A stretch of 64,000 nt of DNA from Caecitellus pseudoparvulus (Eukaryota > Protista > Bigyra: Bicosoecida): the NCBI GenBank assembly GCA_965644315.1, contig CBFFRQ010000065.1, positions 62,001-126,000 of the forward strand, written 5' to 3'. The translations under genes and the position numbers were made by a program. How positions within the stretch are numbered: the stretch's first letter is position 1; each line of letters starts with the position of its first letter. Positions 42,559-53,373 of this stretch are shown one piece after another. The notes beneath the pieces were generated by a model, which was not told where the DNA came from, made no database searches, and saw nothing but the letters and a program-made list of their open reading frames with translations.

Positions 42559-44842
42559 ATGGCGGCGGAAGAGGGCGCTAGCACCTTCTCAGGTGAGTTG
42601 CCCCGCTGCTGGGGTGTGCAGGGCGCTCGCAGCGAGTGGCTGCTCCCACATGTCCTGTTCGGCAGGGGCAGTGCAGCAGAGCTCAGACAAACCCGGCGCT
42701 TGTGCCCTCGCAGATCGCCACCTCGTGCGCAAGGGCGGCCAGGGCTCGGTGTACCGCTCCACTTACAAGGGCAAGGAGGTGGCGGTGAAGGTCATTCCCC
42801 GGGACAAGAACAGCACCATCGAGGCCGAGCTGGGGGCGGTGCGTGAGCTGCCGCCGACTGCGCTGCCTCGCCTGCTCCCGCTGCAGAAGCCCGCCCGAGC
42901 GTCGGCGCCAGGCAGGCGCGCGGAGGGCAGGCGGGCATGCTAGCGCGGTGTACTGTCGTGTGGGAGTGCCTCTGTGCTGGCAGGCACGGTCACGCGCGCC
43001 CCCCCCTGCCTACACAGCTTCGCCGCGTGAACGGGAGACACCCCCACATTGTCCTGGCGCTAAAGTCGTTCATCAGCGACGAAGGAGACATGCACCTCAT
43101 GCTGGAGTTGGCTGAGTGTGACATGTTTGACATGATGCAGCAGCAAGAGGGGGAGCACTTCAGCGAATCGCACCGCTTTCGCGAGTGGATGCTGCAGTGT
43201 GCTCATGGTGCGTGTGCTGTCATCGAGTGCGGCAACGCCGGCCTTCGCACCACCCCCCCGCCGGAATCTGCGCCCTTCCCGCGCAGCTCTCAGCTACTGC
43301 CACCGCAAGGGCGTGTGCCACAGAGATGTCAAACCAGAGAACTTCCTCATCACACGGTACAAGAAGTCCTCCAAGAGCAGCAGCTCCAGTGACAGCACCG
43401 ACGCGGAGAGTGGGCAGCAGGCAGCTGCCGAAGGCAAGTCGTCCCCATCGCACGCACGGAGGGGCGGCGGGCAGCCACGCCTGGTTGCGAAGCTGTGTGA
43501 CTTCGGCTCCGCCTTGGTGACGGAGGCTGGGGCGGAGGCGCGCGGGCGCTCTGCCTGCGGCAGCACGCGGTACGCCTGCCCCCGCATATGCCGCCTGCAC
43601 ATGGCCCGCAGCCAGCCCCAGGAAGCTGCAGAAGTGTGGGGCTTCCCCCAGGACTACGACATGCTGCGCAAGCTGGGGTATGACGCCAAGCAGGCCGACG
43701 TGTGGAGTTTCGCGGTCATGGTGTACGTCCTGGCGTCGGGCGTGTGCCCCTTCCGGTCCGCCTGCATCGGTGATGCTCGCTTCCGCTCGTACGTGGCCAG
43801 TGAGCAGCGGCACGTCCTGGATGATGTCATCTGTGCCCCCTCCAGCCCGGTGTGGTCCAAGTCAGGCCCCCGCATCGCACGGTGGCACTGGCCACGCCAC
43901 TTTTCCGAGGCCCTCATCGACCTCCTGCGCTGCTGCATGCAGGTGCGGGCAGAGGAACGCCTCACCATGGCCGAGGTCATCAAGCACCCGTGGTTTGTGC
44001 GGCCAGCGTGGGTGCCCCCCTCCAAACAGGCCTCCGTGCACATTGCCCGGCGTGAGGGCATGAAGTACGGCGATTGGGCCGCCGCCCAGCTGGAGGCGGA
44101 GAAAGCCCGCGGGGCAGGGCTGCGAACGCCACCTCCTTCCGGCACTGCCAATGGTGGGCACTCGCCAGGGGGCGTCGTGGGGGAGGGCAAGGAGGCGGAG
44201 GGCGGAGGCCCCTCACGGGCCCAACCCTCTCCCGACTTCAAGGGCTTCGAGGCGTTCCCAGAGGGCACCTCCCCTGCCGTGCGCAACGCACATGACTTGC
44301 CTGGCAGTGTCAACGCGCCCAGCCCGCTGCACCAAGCAGCCGCCTTCCGCGCCACGGGCAGCGGTCCTTCCGGCGGCACCTCTGCTGCCTCCTCCAAACC
44401 GGGGCCCCTCTCCATCACCAGTGACGCGGCGCCGGGGATCCCCCTGGATACTGCCAGCATCGCATCCACTGGCACTTCCAAGAGCATGTACGGTGCCAGC
44501 AGCGCAGGGCGTACCATGGCGCTGTCGGTGGCCTCCCACGCCTCGGGCGACAGCAGCCGACTGCAGCACAGCGGCACGGGCAGCTTCCATGGCAGCCCCC
44601 GCACAGGCGGGCTATTGAGAGCAGGCTCTACAACCAGCAGCAGCACTGGCCGCTCTGCGGTGTGGGTGTCGGAGGCTGGTCCCGCTGGCCCTGCGAGCCC
44701 GGTGCCAAGGCAAGAGCCAGCGGAGCCCCAGCCGCGAGGCGGTGGGGCCACTCCAGTCGTCTCTCAAGGCTCCAGGGTGCACGTCAAAGCAGCCATGCGA
44801 GATTCAGGTGCCTCTCCTGGCGGCAGCAGCCCTCACGGCTGA
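42559..44842 (+). CDS. Ser/Thr protein kinase (CAMK-like) with three 5' introns and a Ser-rich tail
   Basis: KGGQGSVY, VAVK, HPHIV, HRDVKPEN, DFG, DVWS and HPWF. Confidence 0.88.
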
Positions 44843-45932
44843 GCTCTGTGCTCCCACTGCCGCTCCGAGCACGCCACTGTCACCAACCCGCGCTTTGCTG
44901 GCCGTGTGCGCGTGGTGTGCGGCGCTGCCATGTGCTGGAAGCCGCGCGGCTGCAGCCGAGCGTAGTCTCCTCCTTGTTGTAGTCTTGATCTTACTGTGCC
45001 CTGGCCGCCCCCTGAGGGGTGGGGCACCGGCAACGGCAGTCGTTGCTGCTTCCGCCCGGCAACCTGCCCTTCAAGAAACGCCGGGGTGTCGATGCCCACG
45101 GCTCCTTGCTGGAGGCCGATGCTGTTCATTTACTCAACACCACCTGTCTCGTCTGTGTGGTCTCTCTTTGCTCTCCCGTGTTGCCCAACAGCCCGTTCAT
45201 TGGCTCTTGATGCATTGCAAGCTGAGCTTCCCCACTCTCTCACCGCTACGTTGCACTTGTTCTGCACCTCCTCTCTGGCTCCTGGGCAGGAGAGTGGGCG
45301 CACTGCCATGGAAGGACGGCGCTTTCTTGTCCACTTTTTTTGCTTGCTCGGCACACGAGCGCAGCCCTTACAGGCGAGCAGGAGTGTGGCGCGCCGCCAC
45401 CGCCATGGTTGTGGAGCAAAGAACAGGCGCCCTGACTCGCCTCGCGAAAAAGAAAGCCTCGATCATAAACCCAAAGAAAGCAATCCCCCCACCTTGCGTT
45501 GGGCTGGCGGGTGGTGGCCCATGTGGCCGAGGGGTACGGTGCGTTCACACTCAGCAGCACAAATGCCCGCACTTGGCGCCCACCAACCGTGCCTGCAAAC
45601 AAGCCGAAGCCCCGAGCGCACTAGTGATGCCCTGCGCCTCCCACCGTCCAGAGGCGAGATTGTGCATTCGTCAAGCTGGTCAGCATCCCTCACGTGTGTA
45701 GGCGCTCTGCCATACGCAAAACCACTTGTCACATGGTCTGCCCGCTGGCTGCCACGTAAACTGCCCCTGGCGCGGCCAAACGATGGGGCATCGGCAAGGT
45801 GTGCCATGCTGCAGCCGAAAGGGCAGCAGCGCAATGCAGTGGCAAACCCTGAGAAAGGCACTGGGTCACCTGCTTGAGTGCAAAGTGCAGCGAGCTCCAC
45901 GTGCTTGTGCTACTTCTTGAAACTGCAACATG

Positions 45933-47132
45933 TCACTTGTCACCTGCAGTGCTGCCACGTGCACTCCCCTCGTCACCTGCCTCCTCACTGCCCGCAGCAG
46001 GACTTGCTGCTACGCGTGCCCTCTTGGCCTCCCTGCGCTGGGCCTTGGCCTCCTGCTTCTCTCGGGTGTTTCGAGCCGGCAACACCGCAGGGACGGCAGA
46101 GCTCCATGCCTCCCCGTTCCACACTCGCAGCAGCATTTGCATAACGTGCAGGCATGTCAGCACTGGACTTTGCTTCAAGTCCACATGCTCAGCCAGAGGC
46201 AGCCGAGCAGTGGGCACGCCCCCGACTTTGGCACGTGCCATGGCTGCACCCTTGTGCCTGTTCCGATCCACCAGCGCACCAATCACGTACGTCGTGTCGG
46301 CTCGCACCTCTTGCAAGACGTCAGTCGCCTCAGCAGACAGGTACACCAACCTACGTCCCCCCAGCGCTGGAACTTTGTGGAATTCCTCTCGGAAAGCGTG
46401 CACCGCCCACCCGTGTGCGCCGCGCTCAAGCAGCGTCTGCTCAAGCTGCGGCGTCAAGCCAGCCACACCGAGCCACAATGGCGTCTGGGCTGAGCGGTTG
46501 CTGGCGTACATGTGCGTGAACTGCTGGGCGAGGCTTCCTCGCTCACTATGCTTCATGTAGCCCTGGAACAGCTCGCTGTGGTCTAGAAGCAGCCCAGGAG
46601 CAGATTGCATACCATGGACTAGGCGCAAGCGAGTCGCCACACGTGCGGGGACCTTCACAGCGTCGCTGCCGCCTTCAGCTGCGCAAGGCGCTCCCAGCAC
46701 AGCCTGTTGAAACTCCAGCGGGGCTTGGAAGTTCAGGGGGATGCCAACTTTCAAGTCTTCAGCAGATCGAACGAACAGTGGATCGTCAGAGTTGGTGTTG
46801 GCTTTCCGGCGCTCGGCTTTGATGGCTGCCAGCTTCCTGGCCCGCAGAACCTTGATGGCACGTTTCAGGCCCTTCTTGCTCATGCTCTCCCATCCATCAA
46901 CCTCCTCTTTCTCCACAGGGATGTCTTTTGGGCTGACGAAACCTCGCTTGCGCTTCGTGCTGCCCAGTGGACCAGCGCTGTTGGGCTGTGCCCCGTCCTG
47001 TGCAGAGGAGCCCATGCAAGCCGCATCCTCGTGCGAGTCGCCCTGATCTACTCCCATGCTGCGAGCCCCTGCACCACTGTCACTGCCCACCGCAGAGGCC
47101 AGCACACCCGAATCGTCTGCGGCAGCAGCCAT
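45933..47132 (-). CDS. TRM10: tRNA m1G9 methyltransferase (Trm10, SPOUT family)
   Basis: SLAQQ...YASNR, LVYLSAEA, YVIGALVDRNRHKG, TARLPL and VLPAR. Confidence 0.88.
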   Translation of the reverse strand: MAAAADDSGVLASAVGSDSGAGARSMGVDQGDSHEDAACMGSSAQDGAQPNSAGPLGSTKRKRGFVSPKDIPVEKEEVDGWESMSKKGLKRAIKVLRARKLAAIKAERRKANTNSDDPLFVRSAEDLKVGIPLNFQAPLEFQQAVLGAPCAAEGGSDAVKVPARVATRLRLVHGMQSAPGLLLDHSELFQGYMKHSERGSLAQQFTHMYASNRSAQTPLWLGVAGLTPQLEQTLLERGAHGWAVHAFREEFHKVPALGGRRLVYLSAEATDVLQEVRADTTYVIGALVDRNRHKGAAMARAKVGGVPTARLPLAEHVDLKQSPVLTCLHVMQMLLRVWNGEAWSSAVPAVLPARNTREKQEAKAQRREAKRARVAASPAAGSEEAGDEGSARGSTAGDK

Positions 47133-47536
47133 GTTGCGATTTCCGCAGGCAACCTTGTGAACCAGCCGAGACCAGGCTATCGCGCGTGAGAGGGAAGAAT
47201 CGAGTCACGTCGTGGGACTGGAGCCTTTGATGTGCAACGATGCTGGGGGGATTGTAGCATGGCGTGCAGCTTGAGCTTGGTCTTCCAACAGCCTTGCTGT
47301 GACTGGGTTCATGCGCCGTGCTCATGCTGAGGAGGGCTGATGCACATTGAAACTCGGAGACCATGGCGCAGTTCCTCTACCTAAAGCACTTTCGAACGTC
47401 AAGGACACGTGCTACACCCGAAAGCTGAGCCCTCTGCACAACACCACTGCACACCCTCACAAAGGCTGTGCTATTTCCGCAGCCGACAGGAGCTGGCTTT
47501 CCGCAGCTTCCTCGCAGACCTTGCCTTCGCGCCAAC
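47133..47536. promoter_or_regulatory. Putative bidirectional promoter, TRM10/SR-RRM gene, with ATTTCCGC at both ends
   Basis: Divergent ATGs; motif copies at 47139-47146 and 47473-47480. Confidence 0.5.
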
Positions 47537-48500
47537 ATGGCTGGACGTGAGCGTAGTGCAGCTTCTCTGCTCGTGCGCAACATCTCGGACAACCTCTCGT
47601 GCGTTGCCTGCCATCGCTTGGCAACAAGAGCAGCTGGCGCAAAACCTGCACGCAAGTCGTCCGTGCACAGCAAGGAGGACTTGGGAGACGCCTTCAGCAA
47701 GTACGGTGAGGTGAAGGACGTGTACCTTCCCCTGGACTACTACACTAAACGCCGCCGTGGCTTTGGCTTCGTGGAGTTCGTGGAGGAGGCTGACGCTGAG
47801 GAAGCGCAGCGCAACATGGACAAGGCTGTGAGTCGCGCGATGTGAGTGTGCCGTCCAGTGCATGCGCCGCACCTTCGTCGCCACCCCACAGTCCTTGGAC
47901 AACAGAGAGCTAGAAGTGGTGTTTGCGCGCCGCGGGCGCCGCTCCTCTGACGAGATGCGTCACCGCGACGGAGGTGGGCGCCGTGGTGGCTACGGCGACA
48001 GACGCTGGGGCGATGACCGCCGGGGTGGCTACGGCGACAGACGCTGGGGCGATGACCGCCGGGGTGGCTATGATGACCGCCGGGGTGGCTATGATGACCG
48101 CCGGGGTGGCTACGATGACCGCCGGGGTGGCTACGATGACCGCCGGGGTGGCTACGATGACCGCCGGGGTGGCTATGATGACCGCCGGGGTGGCTATGAT
48201 GACCGCCGGGGTGGCTATGATGACCGCCGGGGTGGCTACGATGACCGCCGGGGTGGCTATGATGACCGCCGAGGTGGCTACGATGACCGCCGGGGTGGCT
48301 ATGATGACCGCCGGGGTGGCTACGATGATCGTCAGGGCGGCCATGATGATCGCCGCGGTAGCGCATCTCGGTCTGTTGACCGCCCTGCTGCATCGTCGCC
48401 GCCACCCCAGGCGGCTGGAGAAGGCCACAGCGCGACGGCAGCGGCAGCAGCCGCTGCACCAGTGCAAGACGCACCACCTGCAGTCAACGGCCACGATTAA
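47537..48500 (+). CDS. SRSF10/SC35-like (SCL) RRM splicing factor with a (DDRRGGY)n C-terminal domain; two introns
   Basis: SLLVRNIS, DVYLPLDYYTKRRRGFGFVEF and ELEVVFARRGRRSSDEM. Confidence 0.85.
47980..48359 (+). repeat. Coding tandem repeat: two 39-bp units, then 13 x 21-bp units (GATGACCGCCGGGGTGGCTAY, 48051-48323), then two degenerate units
   Basis: Read directly from the sequence; encodes DDRRGGY heptads. Confidence 0.95.
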
Positions 48501-48512
48501 GGGATTGTGCAT

Positions 48513-49921
48513 TCACTCCTTGCTGCTGGAGTCGTCAGCGGAGGCTTTGGAATTGCCCCGGGTTGAATGCAGCATGTCCCGAATGCGGCAAATGGTGTCG
48601 CCTAGAAAGCTGCCGCTGCCCCCTGTCTCCACCGCATCGCCTTCCTCCTCCGCGAGGGCGGTGAAGAGCTCACGCTGCTTGGCTGTGAGTTTGGTGGGCA
48701 CGGTTAGCTTCACGTGCACGTACTGGTTGCCGGAGCCGGAGCCGGACACCCGCGGGATCCCCTTGTTCCGCATGACCAGCTTGTCCGAGGGCTGTGTGCC
48801 GGGGGGGATGCGCAAGTCTACCTCACCCCCCACAGTGGGCACGGTAATGGTGCAGCCAAGGGCGACTTGAGAGATGCTCAGCGGCACATTCACGTGCACG
48901 TCGCTACCCTTGCGCTTGAAAAAGGGGTCCGCCTGCACCTTGATCTGCAGGTACAGGTGCCCAGGCGGGCCGCCCAGATCCCCCACGTCGCCTTCCCCAG
49001 CCAAGCGCATGGTGGTGCCGGTGTCCACGCCCGGTGGAATCTTCACCTCCACTGTCTTGCTCTGCTGCACCGCGCCACTGCCAGTGCAGGTACGGCAAGG
49101 GTTCGCGATGGTGGTTCCCTCGCCCTTGCAGGAAGGGCATGTGCTGGTCACGGCGAAAAAGCCGTTCTGCATGGTCACTTCGCCCTGCCCCTTACAGGTC
49201 TTGCACACAGTCGGCGGGGCCTTGTCCGCTGACCCGTGCCCGTCACAAGATGGGCACTTGGTGCGGGCGGACACAGTTACGCTGCGAGTGGCGCCATGCA
49301 CAGCATCCATGAAGGGCAGTGTGAGCTCCATTTGCAAGTCTGAGCCGCGACTGCGAGCCTGGCGACGACGAGCACGCCCCCCGCCTGCCGCCTGCTCGAA
49401 GAACTCCCGCATGAAATCCTCAGCAGAGCCAGCGGAAAAGCCACCACCGAATTGGGATGCTGTGCGGGAGTGAGAAGCGTCAGTGGGTGCAGCTGTGCAA
49501 GGGCGTGGCGCCGGCAGATGGCAGGGCAACACGCACGGTCAAAGCCTTCGTTGGCCATGTCCACGCCCTCCTTGCCGAACTGGTTGTACGCGGAGCGCTT
49601 GGACTCGTCACTGAGCACCTCATACGCCTCTTGCACTTGAGAGAACTTCTCAGCTGCCTTTGGGTCATCTTTGTTGGCATCTGGGTGGTACTTCTTCGCT
49701 AATTGGTAGTACTTCTTCTTGATTTCCGCCTTGCTGGCTTCACGCCCGACCCCAAGTGTGTCGTAGTAGTCTTTGGCAGCTGCCGCTGCCGACGACCTTA
49801 CAAACCGCACAGGAACGGCAGCTGGTGGAATGTGGAGAGTGGGGGCTGTCCTTGTGGCGCTCCATGCCGGCGCTCGTGCCACCCCTGACGCCAGGCGCCA
49901 TGTCATTCGAAGGGCTGCCAT
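48513..49921 (-). CDS. Mitochondrial type I DnaJ/Hsp40 (Mdj1/DNAJA3-like); one intron
   Basis: Presequence, J-domain with HPD, G/F region, four CxxCxGxG repeats and the C-terminal domain. Confidence 0.92.
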
Positions 49922-50130
49922 GGTCAATTTCCGCAAAGCGTATCACACCTGCTCCAGTCTCCGCAAGGCAATTACCGGGGCACACACGCACCTCCGGTCT
50001 GCCTGGGTCATGAGTGGGGTCGACAGTTTTGTGTCAGACAGTGCTCGGCCCATGACCCCGCCTGCTCATGGGACCTCCCTCGAACCGAGTGATCCTGCAT
50101 TCACGAGGCAGCAGCTGGACGATGCCCAGC

Positions 50131-51705
50131 CTACCACGCCCCAGCGCTCCACATGTGCAGGCGCCCTGACGCCGTTCCAGACACCACAAGCGGCTGGTTT
50201 GGGTGCACGGCATTCAGCGTGGGCACAGCAGTCAGGAGCTCATCCCCACGAGCGGCCAGCCGCTTGCCGTCCACCGCGCTGTAGGCCTCAATGTGGCGCA
50301 CAGTCATGGCACCAATGACCACGACATCGCTGTCCGCGGGGTCAAAGACGCAGCGGAAGTTGGACAGCCACCTGCCCGTGTGGTTGTTGTGCTTGATGGT
50401 CACGGCAGGGTCTCCCGCGCACCTTGGGGCTTCATGCCACACTCGCACCAAGTCGTCGTTGCTCGTGGACACCAGACGAGCCCCATCACTGGAGAAGAAC
50501 GCCGAAGTTACGCTCCCAGCGTGTTGCAACGTCTCCAGCGGCGTGCCGCTGTGCAACTTGCCCAGCTTTGTCCCGCGGGTCATCTTGCGAAGGTCCCAAA
50601 TGCACACCGTGTTGTCGTGGGCTGCCGTCGCAACGTGTGTCCCATCCGGATGCAGTGCAACGCTGGCGATTTTGGCGTCGTGAGCGTCCACCACCAGAGC
50701 CTCTGCCGAGCTGCGGTCGGCTGCGGCAAGGCTGGATGGCAGTGTGCGGGTGTCCAACACTGCGACCTCTCCTGGGCTTGACGCCGCCACCAGCACTCGG
50801 GCGTCTTCAGAGATGTCGGCGTAGGTCAGGGAGGACGCCGCGGGGCCGTCGTCTGCGGGCCAGTGCGCGTACGCCTCGCGCCAGACGCCCGCCTCCAAGT
50901 CCAGCAACCTCACACTGCCCTCGTATGAGCATGTCATGGCCGTGTTCGGCAGGGCCTTCAAAGCGTTGATGGGGCGGCTGTGGATGCGGAAGTTCAGAAG
51001 AGTGCCTGCCTCGGCCTCGTACGGGGCCAGTGCCTCCGCGTCCGCATCTCCCAAGCCGTCTGTCTGGGGACGCCACAGGCACACGTTGCCCTTCTTGTCG
51101 CCCGCCAAGGCAACAGGCGTGTGGCCGGGGTGGAAGGCAATGCTGTAGATGCGCTCCTTCACGCCCTTCACTGCGTGGTTCTCGTGGCGGATGCGCAGCT
51201 TGGACCATGGCATCCGGCTGGAACGGGCGGGGTGCGGTGAAGACTCCAAAAAGGAAGGCAGATCTGTACAAGGGGTTCACTCGAAGTGCTGGGCGGCAAT
51301 GCCTTCCCGTGGCATCATCCGGCACTCACCACGTGCATCCCCTTCCTCCACCACGTCAGGTGCATCCAGGGCGAGAGCGCCAGGTCGCCGCGCGGGCTTT
51401 GGGGGGGCTTTGAATGGCTCGATCGTCTGCTGAACACCAGCCTCCATGGCAGTTCCATCAGAGTTCAGCCCAGCTTGGCGCATGCTGCGGCGTCGCGGCC
51501 CTGCAGCAAGCTGTGCAGATGGCGAGGAACTGGTCCTCCGTGCGGTTTTTGCTCGCCTCGACGCCGCCTTTGCAGCCGAAATGGTACCCGCTGCGCCTTC
51601 AAGGGAGCGCTTCACCCCACCCAAGCCGAGTTCTTGAAGGAGTTCTGAGCTTGCAGCAAGTGCTGCAGCCCTTGCAGCTGCAAGACCTCCTCCTTCCGCT
51701 GCCAT
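50131..51705 (-). CDS. WDR76: WD40 DNA-damage-binding protein WDR76/Cmr1; intron 51264-51329
   Basis: N-terminal LLQELGL...PRRRSMR, VKERIYSIAFHP, AGDKKG, HNNHTGRWLSNFR and GTASGR. Confidence 0.85.
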
Positions 51706-51965
51706 GCAAGATGCTCTCAGCTTCAAATGCAGCAAGTGCCCAGCCTTTCTGTGCCCGCCCGCGCAGCGTGAGAGGGCGGCATAGCACAATTCTTCAAATC
51801 AGGGTGAATTTACGGTGGTTTAAATGTAGTCGGCAGCTCTTGTGGCTGATGCAAGTGTCAGCGGCAGCTCACAAGGGGCTCGAGCGCACCCCAAAAAAAT
51901 GGCTCCTCGCAGCTAGGGCCGCAGAAACACGGCACCTGAGACCTCAACTGTACCACAGACACCCA

Positions 51966-53205
51966 CTACCTGTCCAAACTTGCACTGCTTGTGCTGCTCT
52001 GTTGAGGGGGCGGCGGTGTGCCCACACAGGTCTCGCTGCGAGTGCTCTTCTGCTTGGCATCTTCGGCAGCCGCTGCCGCCTCCAAAGCTGCAAGGCGCTT
52101 GCTCAGAATGGCCACTGCTGCCAGGCTGTTGTTCGTCTTCCCCAAATGGTCGGTTACGTACTGCCCCACGTCCACCAACGCGTCCAAGTCCACGCCTGTG
52201 TCAATGCCCATGCCATGCAGCATGTACACGACGTCCTCTGTGGGAACATTGCCGGTGGCACCCTTCGCGTAGGGGCACCCACCCAAGCCTGCAACTGAGG
52301 AGTCCACTACGGACACCCCCCCCTGCACCGCCGCAAGAATGTTGGCCAGCGCTTGGCCGTACGTGTTGTGGAAGTGCACCGCCACCTCCTCAACAGGCAT
52401 GTGATCCTTGATGCTCGTGATCAACGCAGAGGTTGCCCCAGCATTGCCGACACCAATAGTGTCTCCAAGGCTTATCTCGTAGCAGCCCATTTCACGCAGG
52501 GTGGCCGCAACAAATGACACTGCGTCGGGGTGCACAGTGCCCTCGTACGGACAGCCGAGGACACACGAGACGTAGCCGCGGACGCGAACCCCAGCACTCT
52601 TAGCTGCGTCACAGATGGGCTGAAAACGCTTGAAGCTGTCCATCACGTTGCAGTTGATGTTCCGCATGCTAAAGCCGTCCGTGGCCGCCGCAAAAATGGC
52701 AACCTCCTCAGCACCGACTTCCAGCGCAGCCTCAAAGCCTTTCATGTTTGGAGTCAAGACAGGGTAGGAAACACCTGCCCGGCGCTTGATTCGCGTCATG
52801 ATTTCCCTGTGGTCTCCCATCTGCACTCAGCGCGAATGGAGCAAGTGACAACGCAGCTTCTGCGCCAGCACCAGCAACGCCAGCAACACGCCGTACCTGC
52901 GGAACCCACTTGGGAGACACGAATGACGTGGCTTCGACAACAGGAAGGCCAGTCTCAGAAAGCATGTCGATCATTTGCACCTTGACATCTGTGGGCACCA
53001 GTGTCTTCTCGTTCTGGCAAGGTGAGCGCAGAGGTGCTGTGGCTGGCTGCTGCACTGCACTTGGTCAAGCGCAAGCACAGACCTGCAGTCCGTCGCGAGG
53101 CCCCACCTCCACAATCTTCACAAAATCTGGGAGTGTTGACATGAAAGCACGCTGTCGACCGCGCCCGGCCGCTTCAGCTGCAGCTGTGCATGCCCTACCC
53201 AGCAT
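51966..53205 (-). CDS. HMGCL: Mitochondrial hydroxymethylglutaryl-CoA lyase; two introns
   Basis: [41 protein letters not shown] and [17 protein letters not shown]. Confidence 0.95.
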
Positions 53206-53373
53206 GGCCACGTAAGCCAAGGAGAGACGCAAGCGGCCAACCCGCACACAGGCGTGGGTGAGCAAAGCGGGAGCACCACTCTCAGGCGTCAAACAAGGCT
53301 GAAACAGTAATGGAGCAACACACACATGCGCTGAGTGGGCGCCTCAGGGTCATTATCAATTGCCCACGTGAGC

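Noticed and set aside
44843-45932. Overlapping roughly 300-aa ORFs between the kinase and TRM10
   Set aside because: Non-ATG starts, Cys/Arg/Pro-rich composition typical of non-coding GC-rich DNA, and no motifs; more likely convergent 3' UTRs.
48051-48323. 21-bp direct repeat array as a possible CRISPR array
   Set aside because: The units are contiguous with no spacers, vary only at synonymous positions, and lie in frame in a eukaryotic CDS.
51217-51279. Weak GTGAAC donor intron in WDR76
   Set aside because: A better GTGAGT...TACAG intron (51264-51329) restores the frame.
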